A stretch of DNA of 64,000 nucleotides, from the NCBI GenBank assembly GCA_020184695.1, contig JAANOX010000083.1, positions 186,001 through 250,000 on the forward strand, written 5' to 3'. Positions 40,567 through 51,547 of the stretch are shown here, one piece after another (within the stretch, counting starts at the first letter, position 1; every line of letters begins with the position of its first letter). Below the pieces are notes generated by a model. That model did no database searches and was not told the DNA's origin. It worked only from the letters and a program-made list of their open reading frames with translations. The position numbers and the translations under genes are program-made. Source of the stretch: Histomonas meleagridis 2922-C6/04-290x (Eukaryota > Protista > Parabasalia).

Positions 40567-40833
40567 TCGCAATATTATATTTTTTCATATATATTTACTA
40601 TAATAATTATCAGTCGCTGCAAGAAATCGTGTTCAATTACTGTAGTATATCGTCAATACGTGTGTCACATCATTCAGTGCCCCTCTTTTCTTCATAAGTT
40701 TGAACGTTGCTGTGTATTAATTCCGCCAGAAAACAACAGTGATATATACATGTATTAGCGGTTGGCAGTGTGTGGGTTATATTCAATCGAAAATCAATTG
40801 TTAATAATCGACGGTTATTAAATCTTTTTTGGG

Positions 40834-41430
40834 ATGTCCGACTCAAAAGAACTAAAACTTGTTCTTATTGGAAATTCATATGTTGGAAAAACTTGTGTTG
40901 TAAAGAAGGCAACATCAGGCGTCTTTACTGAAGATACAACTGCAACTCTTGGTGCATCATACGTTTCCAAATTAATCAATGTTGGAAACATTGAAGTTCG
41001 CTTACAAATATGGGATACAGCTGGTCAAGAAAGATACCGTGGTATGACACCAATGTACTATCGCGGTGCGCACATTGCACTTATTGTTTATTCAATTACT
41101 GATAGAGAAAGCTTTGAAGGAATTGATGGTTGGTATGAAAGCCTCCGTGAAAACACTGATTCAGATATTCTTATTTTCCTTGTTGGCAATAAATATGATC
41201 TTGAAGAATCACGAGAAATTTCAACAGAAGAAGGGCAAGCAAAGGCAGACTCAATCCGTGCGCATTTCTACGAAGTTTCAGCTAAAACAAACTATGGAAT
41301 TGATGATTTATTCAATGATATTCCAAGAATTTTCTTTGAAAAACAAACAGATACTGAAACTAAAAAAGATAGCTCAGTGGAAATAACAAAAACTCAAAAA
41401 CAGAGAAAACCTTGGTATTCGAGATGCTAG
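40834..41430 (+). CDS. Rab family small GTPase (Rab5/21-like)
   Basis: GNSYVGKT, ATLGASY, WDTAGQERYRGMTPMYYRGA, GNKYD, EVSAK; C-terminus YSRC. Confidence 0.93.
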   Translation: MSDSKELKLVLIGNSYVGKTCVVKKATSGVFTEDTTATLGASYVSKLINVGNIEVRLQIWDTAGQERYRGMTPMYYRGAHIALIVYSITDRESFEGIDGWYESLRENTDSDILIFLVGNKYDLEESREISTEEGQAKADSIRAHFYEVSAKTNYGIDDLFNDIPRIFFEKQTDTETKKDSSVEITKTQKQRKPWYSRC

Positions 41431-41836
41431 ATTTCACATCAACTTTTGATTTTTACCTAAAGAGCCTTTGATATTAAACAATTTCTTTTTGCTCTGCTTA
41501 GGTGGCTTTATGCTTATTTTTTATTATCTATATAAAACCTCGAATTCCAACACAAAATTTATAATTTTAATATATTTTATATTAACTTGAATTACTTCAA
41601 GCAGATATACTATTTCTGTGAAATAAGGAAATATTGATAAATAATGTATATCACATTCAAAAAAAATTTTACTTTTGGCTTAATAACACAAACTTTGTGT
41701 GAAAGGGGTTGGTCATTTTATATATATAAGATATTTAAAAAAAAAATAAAATGTATTTCGAACATTGTGGTAAAACAAAAAAATAGAATTTTTATTCGTG
41801 TCAATTTTTTTGTAATAAAATATTTCTGACATATGA

Positions 41837-42796
41837 ATGGATGTTACATTATCAGCAAAATCTGTTCTACTTGTTCAACATTCATTCGATCAAAACAAAT
41901 TCATTTCGGAAGTGAACGATTCGCTTTCAGGAATTTCACCTGTTGATGAAGAAAGCTTACCTGAGATTACAATACCAAAAGATTTAATTTTTCGCTCACC
42001 AATATCTAAAATCAGAGGATTGGCTTCCTCTATTTCAAATCAACTAAGTGACTTCAAAGACGAAAATAATATTCGCGATGATGAAATTCTATCTGCATTC
42101 CTTAACACAAATTTTAATTTTTCAAATCAAGTCCAATACTTTCCAGATGAGCCAGATTTTAATGGTTCATTATTATCACTCATTCAAAGAAGATTTTCAA
42201 ATGTTGAACTTCCCTCTCAAACTCATCCAGCAAACGATGTTATTTACTCAATTCGCCTTTTTTCTGTCAAGAGAAAAAAAGTACAAATTAAAACACAACT
42301 TCAGCAATGGTTTGTTGCATTTGGATCCAATACAATTTCTTCTCTTATTGACATGATAATTTGTCCTCTTTGTGAACTTTCCAAGCGCATTTCTGTTAAC
42401 CATTTACAGCCCCCAATGCTCGACAATGGTGAGCAAATTATTTTCGGATTTGGGGACGGTTTTAACGTTCCGATTTCCACTTTTTCAAACGCAATGAACC
42501 GCCACATCAAATACACATCGCCGGGCGGTTGTTTCCATGCTCTGCTTTTCGACGCCGCTTTCGCTGTGCACGTCAGCGATTACTCTGGCTTCCCAAAGGA
42601 AATTGGTGGGAAAGGTGTAAACCCACCAAATTGCATGAAGTGTCTTCATAAAGTTGCGCCAATTTGTGTGAGAAAAGAAACGAAAGGTTTTGAGTTTTTA
42701 TGTAAAGATTGTTTCCAAAATGATGAAAGTTCCAATGGAAACGAGTTCACAGTAGATTTATCTGATTTTTTCTTTCGGCATTACAAAAAATTATAA
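41837..42796 (+). CDS. Zinc-finger protein, possible SNAPc subunit 3 (SNAP50)-like
   Basis: QWFVAFGSNTISSLIDMIIC, YTSPGGCFH and C-terminal CMKC...FLCKDCF occur in the order of SNAPC3 motifs (EFLVLGSQ.L..LRD.I.C; Y.HQGDCEH; C..C...FC..C). Confidence 0.45.
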   Translation: MDVTLSAKSVLLVQHSFDQNKFISEVNDSLSGISPVDEESLPEITIPKDLIFRSPISKIRGLASSISNQLSDFKDENNIRDDEILSAFLNTNFNFSNQVQYFPDEPDFNGSLLSLIQRRFSNVELPSQTHPANDVIYSIRLFSVKRKKVQIKTQLQQWFVAFGSNTISSLIDMIICPLCELSKRISVNHLQPPMLDNGEQIIFGFGDGFNVPISTFSNAMNRHIKYTSPGGCFHALLFDAAFAVHVSDYSGFPKEIGGKGVNPPNCMKCLHKVAPICVRKETKGFEFLCKDCFQNDESSNGNEFTVDLSDFFFRHYKKL

Positions 42797-43131
42797 TATT
42801 AATAAAGCAATACTTTCGTATCCATTGTTTTTGATTATCTTCTAATGAACAAATAGATACATAAAGGAACCTATTTGTGCAACAAAATGGTTAAAGAGTG
42901 GATATAAATCTTATTGGTAATGAATTATTATTTTGTGTCTGCATTCTTATATTCATTAAGAACAGAAGTGTTAACATTTTGAATTACAATTTTCTCGTAA
43001 AGTACTGAAAAGTTGGTCATGACCCAAAGTTTACCGCAGCACTTTTTCGTCCGAAAAGTATTATGTAAACTTCTTGAATAACTTTTTCATAAGTGGACCA
43101 AATATGCATTCAATTCAACAAACAGAACGAA

Positions 43132-43695
43132 ATGTTGATGGAACAAGAAAAAGTAAGGAAGACTTATTACAGGAGAAAAAAACATTTAAACTATTCAATC
43201 GTAATCCTTAGGAGCGCACTTGAAGCAATTAAGCAAATCATGGGTGAAAATTTTCCAAACATTGACATTGAAAAGGTAGCTGTTGATTATGCGAAAGGAA
43301 TTGAAGCTTCTTGTTACTTTCCCCATGGTAAATTGTCAAGTGAACAATATAATGAAATTGTTGAATTTAGAACACAAATTTTTTGTCGAAATTTATTCAA
43401 ACAATATCTACCAAATATGCCCCCAATACAAATGGCAGGGAAAAGTAGATATATGTCATTTGGTGAAAAAATACAAAAAAATACTCGTTTTAAATTATCA
43501 ACAGAACAATTGCCTTCAGATTTTCGGGAAAACGCAGAAAGTAAATGCGATATACTTTTGAACGAAACGCTTATCCAATTTAAGCCTGAACCAGAAGGAA
43601 CCAATTCAATTTATATAGAAAATCCAGCAAATTGCAATGATATTATCTCATATAAATACAATTTTCTTTGGCCTGAAACTTCAATAAATCAATAA
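43132..43695 (+). CDS. Hypothetical protein, ~187 aa
   Basis: The track start at 43093 is GTG; the first in-frame ATG is at 43132. No motif recognised. Confidence 0.65.
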   Translation: MLMEQEKVRKTYYRRKKHLNYSIVILRSALEAIKQIMGENFPNIDIEKVAVDYAKGIEASCYFPHGKLSSEQYNEIVEFRTQIFCRNLFKQYLPNMPPIQMAGKSRYMSFGEKIQKNTRFKLSTEQLPSDFRENAESKCDILLNETLIQFKPEPEGTNSIYIENPANCNDIISYKYNFLWPETSINQ

Positions 43696-44285
43696 ATGTT
43701 GTTTGAATTGATCTATCAAAATGATTCTACTTATTTTTATTTTTTTGTTTATTTTTGCTGATAAAAAGCTTAAATTTCATATTTGTGCAAAAATGATTTG
43801 TTCATTGGTAACTTCAGATGCAGCCGAATATTAGAAAAGAATGTGTAATAGTGATTCATCATAATGTACTTCTTTTATGATAATATATTTTTAGATTTAT
43901 TATTTAGTGGGTTAATAAAAAATTAATTATCATGCTATAATCTGGTTAAGTCAGAATCTTGTATTGCCCATACGATAACATTAACATAAATACAACATGT
44001 TGTCATAGTAAAAATCGAATTTCCTTACGATTAAGATAATGAAGTAGAGAAAGAATTATTATTGTTCTGTCTATGTGCCCAATTTTAAACATAAATATCA
44101 TTAAAAAAAAGAGTAGTTTACAATAGAGATAAAACATTACACAAATAAAAAAGTGATGAAGGTTTTCCATAGTATTTGGTTCTGTAATTACAGCTGTTTC
44201 AAATTAAAATTTTAATAATGATACGTTTGCATTTAAAAAATCTTTATTTAAGTATAACTTTGTATTTCTGTTTATTTAAAAGTCA

Positions 44286-45263
44286 TTAAATCAGTGCTTG
44301 AGTTTCCTCTTTTTGCTGATATGGTTCATAGCCGAACCCGTCAAGTACTTTTGGTATTGGCAGTGGCAACCACCAGCAAAACATGAATTTTCTTGAGCCA
44401 CACACTTCTTCCCAGTTTGTCATACAATCCTTTGAAAAAGGACTTTGGCCTCTCTTCCACAGGCCCTTCATATCTTCAACAATTAAAGTGTTATGGGAAA
44501 CATTTCGAAATTGAGCTCTCACTTGCATCACATGTAAAACACCAAAAATTGCTAAAATCACAAAAATGGATTTGAAAGCCCATTTATACCCTGGGATTTC
44601 ACTTTTATGGTAATAAAAAAACATAAAAATTGGATATGAAAGACAATAAATAGCACCAAATGTGATGCCAATTAAAAAATAACGATGATTATGAAGACCA
44701 ACCCATGCATTAAGATAACCACACTCATGGTCTGCACGAAGAATGAAGTACCCATACTTCTTGGTGAATATGGCCCGTGATGGTCTTTCGGAATTTTGAG
44801 CAAAAATGATTTGTTCATTGGTAACTGCAGTTCCACTCTTTAATTCATTAGGTGAATAATACTTCTTTTTAGTTTTAGGCCATGTGAAAGGAAGAATTCC
44901 GGGATCTTTGAAATGAACTATAATGTATGAAATTGCTGTCATAGCATAACAAAAGATAAAATAGTAAAGCCAAAAGCGAGAGGCATTAGAAGATGGAAAG
45001 AGAACGAAGCCAAAATAAAAAATTGTAATTAAAGAAAAAATCAGGCAAATATAAAATGGATAAACGGTAACAATCAAATGACGAAATCTCGGTAAATTAG
45101 AATATAGATTATCTTTGTTTTTCTTTCGATAAAAATAAAATGGATAACAACAATAATACCAATCACTTACCCATTCTATATCTTCTGTTGGCTTTTCTGT
45201 ATCTTGTTTGATTTCTAAGTTCGAGGATTTTGGTTCATTATTTTCCTCGAAGAGTGGTTGCAT
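44286..45263 (-). CDS. DHHC-family S-palmitoyltransferase (DHEC variant)
   Basis: Four TMs, KDPGILP, RPSRA, DHECGYLNAWVGLHNHRYF, and a C-terminal PFSKDCMTNWEEVCG (PaCCT-like). The track start at 45374 is GTG; the ATG is at 45263. Confidence 0.85.
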   Translation of the reverse strand: MQPLFEENNEPKSSNLEIKQDTEKPTEDIEWVSDWYYCCYPFYFYRKKNKDNLYSNLPRFRHLIVTVYPFYICLIFSLITIFYFGFVLFPSSNASRFWLYYFIFCYAMTAISYIIVHFKDPGILPFTWPKTKKKYYSPNELKSGTAVTNEQIIFAQNSERPSRAIFTKKYGYFILRADHECGYLNAWVGLHNHRYFLIGITFGAIYCLSYPIFMFFYYHKSEIPGYKWAFKSIFVILAIFGVLHVMQVRAQFRNVSHNTLIVEDMKGLWKRGQSPFSKDCMTNWEEVCGSRKFMFCWWLPLPIPKVLDGFGYEPYQQKEETQALI

Positions 45264-45421
45264 TTTGTTCCAGGAATTATTTGACTCGAATTTGCCGACA
45301 GAGAAATGAACGATAAAACGATCAAAACCGTAAATAAAAAAAATTAAATTTATAAATTTTATTTGAAAACTCACTGGTTTTGAACTAAATACTTCAAATA
45401 TCTAAACAATAACATATTTTA

Positions 45422-46936
45422 TTAAATAGCTAGTCCATTTGAAGAAATCAAATCTGACATTTTATCAATTAGTGTTAAAGCAGAATTTTTCAAAAAGTTA
45501 ATATCTAAAACGCTTAATGCTTGTTGTGCCAATTCATCCAATTTATGTGTTTGCTTTACAGATGATACCATATTTGGGAAACTAAAGAATAAACAAGCAG
45601 CTATTATACATTCTATGTATTCAAAGAAGTTTCTTGTAGAAGTTGCTGTGATCCATATGTCAGTACATTTCGAATATGATAATGATGAACTTAACATTGT
45701 TGTAAATAATGGTGACAACGAAGATATTCCATTAGTTTGTTGATAAAGCAATCTATACATTTGTGGGTGAGTTAAATACAAAAGATCGTCAAGTTCATCT
45801 GTAACTGATTCTTCTTTGCATTCATATAACCGCCGTAGTTCGCCTTTTTCACTTAAGTAAATCATTGAATTAAACAAAATGGTTTCAAGCCCATCGGAAT
45901 CAAAAGAAACATTATCATCTTCATGAACATAATATATAAGGCCTCCATCCACATGCTCAATTCGCTTGATAAACATCCGTAAGAACACTTGAATAATGCA
46001 TATAAGCTTGAAATAATGGCTGTGAAAATGGTTGTAAAAGTGACATAACGACATGAGAACGTTAAAAACGACGGTTTTGATGTTTTCATCAGGAGCAATT
46101 TCAAGTAAAGAGTTGGACAATGTTTCAACACAATTGAACAAAGAATTAAAGGAGGATCTGTAGATTTTGGATCTTTTGAATTGGGAGCTTGTGATGGTTT
46201 TCCATTGATCTCGAATTAGAAAATATCGATCTTTGAATTTTTTCGGAATATTATCCAATGGATACAAACCTATTTGAAAAGCCCAAATATCTGCTTTTTT
46301 GGAATCTGGGATTATGTGTTGACGTATAACACGTGACATAGCTTCGTGAGATGAAAATGCTTCTTTTAATGCTTCTAAAGAGATTGGCCTAACTCTGGTA
46401 GATGGCGTGACAAATTCAATTAAATGGGAATGTGTTTCTAAAAGTAAATCAGAGTCAGTTATTGGATCACTAATAATTTTGTCCTTGGCTGCTTTTTTGT
46501 TCTTACTGAATTTACATTTGGGATCATATATCAATGGTTGAAATCTGTAAAGTTTAAAAAATCCTTTGATATTTGATCCCTTTAAGGTAACATTTTGATT
46601 TAACATAGCAACAAATTTTTTAAGAGATGCTTTGTCCTGAAAATTCAATGAAACGCCAAAATCTTGTGTTGAATCATTAAAGCAGATTCGAAATTGATTG
46701 ACAAGAAAAGTAATATCGGAGTAAAAAGAAAGATCAAAAACCAAATGGCCACCAATTGCAATTAAAGGCTTTGTGAAAGGCGTTTGAATATCTGGATCCA
46801 AGAAAGGATCTTGTGTTGTGCAATTATTTTCTCGAAAATACATTGACATCGAGTATGTCATGTTTCGAAGGGAAACAGAACCTTCTAGCCGTTCTTCAGC
46901 AGTATATATGTAAACATTGTCGAATTGTTCATTCAT
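45422..46936 (-). CDS. TBC1D15/17-like Rab-GAP fold protein, catalytically degenerate
   Basis: IPDSKKADIWAFQIGLYP...YFLIRDQWKTITSSQFKR parallels TBC1D15 (LRKQAWKFLLGYFP...YFRMKLQWKSISQEQEKR). Confidence 0.6.
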   Translation of the reverse strand: MNEQFDNVYIYTAEERLEGSVSLRNMTYSMSMYFRENNCTTQDPFLDPDIQTPFTKPLIAIGGHLVFDLSFYSDITFLVNQFRICFNDSTQDFGVSLNFQDKASLKKFVAMLNQNVTLKGSNIKGFFKLYRFQPLIYDPKCKFSKNKKAAKDKIISDPITDSDLLLETHSHLIEFVTPSTRVRPISLEALKEAFSSHEAMSRVIRQHIIPDSKKADIWAFQIGLYPLDNIPKKFKDRYFLIRDQWKTITSSQFKRSKIYRSSFNSLFNCVETLSNSLLEIAPDENIKTVVFNVLMSLCHFYNHFHSHYFKLICIIQVFLRMFIKRIEHVDGGLIYYVHEDDNVSFDSDGLETILFNSMIYLSEKGELRRLYECKEESVTDELDDLLYLTHPQMYRLLYQQTNGISSLSPLFTTMLSSSLSYSKCTDIWITATSTRNFFEYIECIIAACLFFSFPNMVSSVKQTHKLDELAQQALSVLDINFLKNSALTLIDKMSDLISSNGLAI

Positions 46937-47164
46937 CTTGGAATTATGGGGCGCCCCTTATATTAACGTATTGATAATTATTTCACAAAACACTTTTTGA
47001 ATATATTTCGATATCGAATATAGAATTATTTAAATGAATTCAAACAAAACCATCGCGTTTATTCATAGAAAAAAGACAATGCAAACAAACAACATCAAAA
47101 TTCGTGTAAATGACGTTATGAGTTTATTTCAGCTTTGTTTCCTTAATTATTTGAAATATTTTTA

Positions 47165-48664
47165 TCAGTTATAGGGTAACCTGTTTGCGATAATATTTTT
47201 AACCATCAGTTGAAACCATGTCGTATTACACATCAAATTCAAATATTCTCTCCATTTCCTATCAAAACTTAACAAAAACGCATCATTTGAAAAGCTCGAA
47301 TGACCCTTCATGATGTTTGTAATAATCGCGGGTACAACGTTTGATTTAAATTCTCCTAAAGCATTATAAATCATATCGAAAGCAGACTTTTCATTACCGG
47401 CTAACCATATCAGATCTAAATTGTCAAGTAATTCGTCAAGACTTTTGAATTTCCCGAAAACATCAACGTTTTTAATGATTCCTTGACGCAGATTAAAATA
47501 TATATAATTCTTATTTGGATTATCAATGGGTATAATAGTGCCAACGATTAACGGCGTTGGCTGAGAAAAATTATATAATTCGATTTCATTTTTCGCTTTG
47601 ATAAAATTCACATCAAGAAATATATTTAATGGTCTTGTTAAAAAATACAAAGTAAATATGAAATTTGTTAATATCGATCGATCATCGTAATAGATATACA
47701 TTGATTTACCTAATAATAAGGTTTTAAGTACTGCAATGAGAAATGGTGCTTTGGTCGTCTGGATAACAGATAACATGGAATGATATGCAAACGTTGGATT
47801 TACGGATTGTGGAATCCTCCGTGATAATGGTTGGAGTGGATTTTCGTCAATTGTAATTCCTTGATTGATGGTAGCGTTACAAAGTTGGTGTATACAATTA
47901 ATGATTTTTTTCCGTTGTTTTTGAGGCCAATCATTGTTTTCGTCAAATCGAAAATTCGTGGGATTATCAGAAAAGTTGCAAACCTCATCAAAAATACAGC
48001 TACGGAAAACATAATCGCATCCAATGAGCCAAAAAGCAATTTCCTCAAAAAGATCATTGTATGCATAATGGGTGGAAAAACAAATATATATTTTTGTGGT
48101 GACCAATACGGCATTGTGGTAGGATTGGAAAATCTCTTTTTTGCTTAAATTATGAGCAAAAGTTGGAAATGTAAAAGCAGAAACTTCATACCCATAACAG
48201 AATACATAAGTGGCTTGTGTATTAGAAATAAAGATCGGAGTTATAAAATCTAATTCACATTTTTCTGGAGAATGGTAAACAAATGGTCCTAATCCTTGTT
48301 TTGAAATAATCTTTTCATTTCGGTCAGTTCTTCCCGTTGGAAAAAGATTTGATTTTTCTATAAAATTTTTATGATATTCATATTCACGAATAGAATGGCG
48401 ATAAAGAATACTTGGTGTTCTGTCATTATTCCATGGATAAGATCCAACAACAAAGATTGATTCTATGATTTTATCGGGTAAGTTATCTGTCTCAATTGAG
48501 CTAGAATGCGAGCACTCATCTTCATATGAAAACTCAGATTTATTATCATATTTATTTGCAAAATCTTTCTCTAATTTTGTTGAATTTAAAGAGCTCTCTT
48601 CACTTGCATGGGAAGTGTTGCTGCCCATATACTGATTACTTCTTTCGAGACGATTAAAATACAT
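47165..48664 (-). CDS. uDENN/DENN-like domain protein
   Basis: IIESIFVVG...PSILYR...LFPTG (uDENN-like), YVFCY..ICFSTHYAYNDLF, and LKTLLLGKSMYIY...LTNFIFTLYFLTRPL (DENN-like). An alternative start at 48628 gives MGSNTS. Confidence 0.6.
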   Translation of the reverse strand: MYFNRLERSNQYMGSNTSHASEESSLNSTKLEKDFANKYDNKSEFSYEDECSHSSSIETDNLPDKIIESIFVVGSYPWNNDRTPSILYRHSIREYEYHKNFIEKSNLFPTGRTDRNEKIISKQGLGPFVYHSPEKCELDFITPIFISNTQATYVFCYGYEVSAFTFPTFAHNLSKKEIFQSYHNAVLVTTKIYICFSTHYAYNDLFEEIAFWLIGCDYVFRSCIFDEVCNFSDNPTNFRFDENNDWPQKQRKKIINCIHQLCNATINQGITIDENPLQPLSRRIPQSVNPTFAYHSMLSVIQTTKAPFLIAVLKTLLLGKSMYIYYDDRSILTNFIFTLYFLTRPLNIFLDVNFIKAKNEIELYNFSQPTPLIVGTIIPIDNPNKNYIYFNLRQGIIKNVDVFGKFKSLDELLDNLDLIWLAGNEKSAFDMIYNALGEFKSNVVPAIITNIMKGHSSFSNDAFLLSFDRKWREYLNLMCNTTWFQLMVKNIIANRLPYN

Positions 48665-49584
48665 TCATTTTAGAACCCATTTCGCTCAAAAAGTCAAAAT
48701 AAATATTCCTGGCAAAAATTATCAAAGTAAACTACTGAAAAAAAAATGGGCAAAAATTAACAATCTTCACAAACACTCCATCTTTTTGAATTAATTTTAA
48801 TAATGAAATTTCTATAAGGTATTACTCAATTAGCTGTAGCCAAAATCTCGTTCTCACCAAAAAAATTGTATAACAATTTTTTAGTTTATACCAATGATCT
48901 CTTAGGTAATACATTCCCATGAGTTCACTGGTGTGCCAATAGGCCAACCGATTGGAAAGCTATCTGGCATTTGTTTTTTAACTGTTTCTTCTAAGAAATA
49001 TAATTCATCATTTATTTTTACTGTAATGTGCACGTTGTTTATGTGGAGATAACTTTTCGAATCAAAGAAAATAAAAAAAATCTTTTTATGAAATTCATCA
49101 TTTCTTGGTCATTCTTCGATAGAATCTTGAATTAGTGCGCTCAATTCAAAAGATTAATCATTTGAAATGAAAATGAATGGAAATAAATCGTAAAAATACT
49201 TTTTGAATCGAAAATAATGATTAATCAGCAGAATAAAGTCGCTTTTAGCGTAACCATAGGCCAAATAACAACAGAAAAAAACCTAAATGAATAAAATTAA
49301 AATATTTTTATTTTGCGCATTTAAAATAGAGTATAAACCACAAAATATGTTTGCGCATTATTTTGTTCAATAATAATATCAGTTTTCTTGTTCAATAAGT
49401 AATTTAACAGCACGTGTGCTTTCATAGATGTTGTAACCCCACTTGTTTTGACACATTTAACTTTTTGAAAATAGTTCAATCGGTTGCATGTAAAGTATTT
49501 AAATAATGTAACCGCTTGTTGTGTGCATTTGACTTATATGTTATTTTTTTCACTGTTAGCAGTTTTTGTTGTTTTGAACAAAAA

Positions 49585-50760
49585 ATGTTTCTATTTTTAA
49601 CCCAAGTATTCGCTTTCGATGATAAATGCGTGGCACCTTTGATAAGCCCTCCACCGATTGCTGGAAAGGAATTGAAGTTTGTTCAAGTTCTTACCCGTCA
49701 TGGAGCCCGAGCACCATTATCAGCTTATCTTCCACCAGCTTTTAGAGGCCATTGGCTTTGTGACTCAGAGGATGCAATAGCAGGCCGAGTTTACGCTGCT
49801 CCAGTGGAACATTATCGACGAATCAGACAAACATTTGATATGAATCTTGTAGATTATAAACCAAACTGCAGGGCTGGTGATCTCCTTCTAACAGGAATGC
49901 AACAACACAAAAATCTTGGAGAGTTTTACCACAAATACTTATTTGAAAATCATAAGTTATTTGATTCTCTCCCAGTTAACCCAGAAGAAATATATGTAAG
50001 ATGCACAGATGTTGAAAGAACTCTTAGGAGTGCAGAATCATTTTTATATGGAATATTTCCAACACAATCACCAAATGAAATCATTGATATTGTTTCAGAC
50101 ACATCAGACACGGCTATTTTACGTACAAATGCAGAGTGGTGCCAAGACCTCAAACAAGTTTCAGATAAATGGTATTCATCTGATGAATTTCTCCAATGGG
50201 TTGATAAGACCTGGGAAGTTGTAAAAGACCTAGGTCAAGTAATGGGAATTACAGAGAAAAGTGGTGTCAATGTCAACAATATTTGTGATTTTGTTAGTAC
50301 ACATTTTTGTGATGACAAGCGCCTTCCAGCAGAAGCCACAGAAGAAGTCCAAAAAACATGTTTGAATGCTAGCGGTTCATATATCATTGATTATTATAAG
50401 TCTAATAGCTCTGTACCTGCATCATACACGATGAGAGAGCTTGTTCGTGTTGCAGATCTTCATGCAACCGGCAAAAAACCGCTAAAATTTTCGTTGATGA
50501 GTTCACATGACACGACCGTTACGGCGGCTTTAGTTTTCCTGAACCCGAATATTAATATGTATAGAATCCCACCTTACGCATCCCATTTATCAATGGAGTT
50601 GTGGAAAGGTGATGGCGATGACGACTTTACTGTGAGATTTGCAATCAATGGAGAAGTTGTAAATTTAGCTAAACTTGATAATGCAACAGAAGCGAAATAC
50701 TCACAGTTTAAGGAAGCCTATAGTGAAATGAATGATTATTGCAAAGAAATAAAAGTTTAA
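49585..50760 (+). CDS. Secreted/lysosomal histidine acid phosphatase
   Basis: RHGARAP, R.TDVERTLRSA and SSHDTT; signal-like MFLFLTQVFA. The track start at 49516 is TTG; the ATG is at 49585. Confidence 0.93.
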   Translation: MFLFLTQVFAFDDKCVAPLISPPPIAGKELKFVQVLTRHGARAPLSAYLPPAFRGHWLCDSEDAIAGRVYAAPVEHYRRIRQTFDMNLVDYKPNCRAGDLLLTGMQQHKNLGEFYHKYLFENHKLFDSLPVNPEEIYVRCTDVERTLRSAESFLYGIFPTQSPNEIIDIVSDTSDTAILRTNAEWCQDLKQVSDKWYSSDEFLQWVDKTWEVVKDLGQVMGITEKSGVNVNNICDFVSTHFCDDKRLPAEATEEVQKTCLNASGSYIIDYYKSNSSVPASYTMRELVRVADLHATGKKPLKFSLMSSHDTTVTAALVFLNPNINMYRIPPYASHLSMELWKGDGDDDFTVRFAINGEVVNLAKLDNATEAKYSQFKEAYSEMNDYCKEIKV

Positions 50761-50878
50761 TTAAATATTAGTCAATAATTAATGAATTTTCTTATAGTCA
50801 GAATTTCACAAAAAAATTAATTTCTCAAACTTTTACTTTATTAAAATTAAATATATGTTTCGGAATAAATGAAATATT

Positions 50879-51547
50879 TCATTTATCTCTGCATTTTTGA
50901 AGTGTGAACCCACCGCAAAACATTGATATAACAACATAGAGAACAATGATAGCAAATAATATCCACATTATACGTGATTTAATGCGATTACATCTCATGT
51001 GACGTTCCAAATTTGTTGATTCATTTCTGAACTCTTCACTCGCCAAAACAAGTTCTTCTGATTTAGAGGATATATTTTCGAGACTTTCTCCCCTTTCGAT
51101 AGCTTTTGATACTGTTTTTTTAAGAATTTCATGCGTTTCATCTAATTGACGATTAATTTCATCAGCTTTATTTTTGCTAAATTCATCAAAAAGCGAAGAA
51201 AAGTTTTGAGCAAAAATGTTGTCGAGTTCATGTGATTTGGCTGTGGTTGATAAATGTCCAAATGAAGATACCCATCGATGAGATAAAGTATTTAAAAATG
51301 TAAGTGGACGTTGCTTTTCTTGTAGCTGCTGAGAAACACAGACAAAAGAAAGAGAGTTAGTGGTTAAAAAGGAAAAAAGTTTTCCATTTGAAATTTTTTG
51401 TTCAGTTCCTGGATTTGATGGAAGTAATTTAAAAACATCTTTTTCAGGGACAAAAGAAGAATCTCCGTAAGAAGAAATAATTTTGTCACTGCAAATTACA
51501 GCGCAATATGAAATAGACATTAAACTTTTTGGAATAATATTTGACAT
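50879..51547 (-). CDS. Longin R-SNARE (VAMP7-like)
   Basis: Longin domain, SNARE motif with zero-layer R (KAIERGESLENI), C-terminal TM. Confidence 0.9.
   Translation of the reverse strand: MSNIIPKSLMSISYCAVICSDKIISSYGDSSFVPEKDVFKLLPSNPGTEQKISNGKLFSFLTTNSLSFVCVSQQLQEKQRPLTFLNTLSHRWVSSFGHLSTTAKSHELDNIFAQNFSSLFDEFSKNKADEINRQLDETHEILKKTVSKAIERGESLENISSKSEELVLASEEFRNESTNLERHMRCNRIKSRIMWILFAIIVLYVVISMFCGGFTLQKCRDK

Noticed and set aside
40610-40675. Possible C/D snoRNA on the minus strand upstream of the tRNA (TGATGT ... CTGA)
   Set aside because: Imperfect C box, no terminal stem, no proper D'/C' order and no convincing rRNA complement identified.
46948-46957. Perfect palindrome GGGGCGCCCC just upstream of the TBC-like gene
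   Set aside because: A single 10-bp occurrence; cannot be supported as a regulatory site without cross-species conservation.
48890-49110. ~65-codon open frame on the minus strand (..KQMPDSFPIGWPIGTPVNSWECIT*)
   Set aside because: No suitable start codon and no recognisable family; could be chance or an unidentifiable relic.
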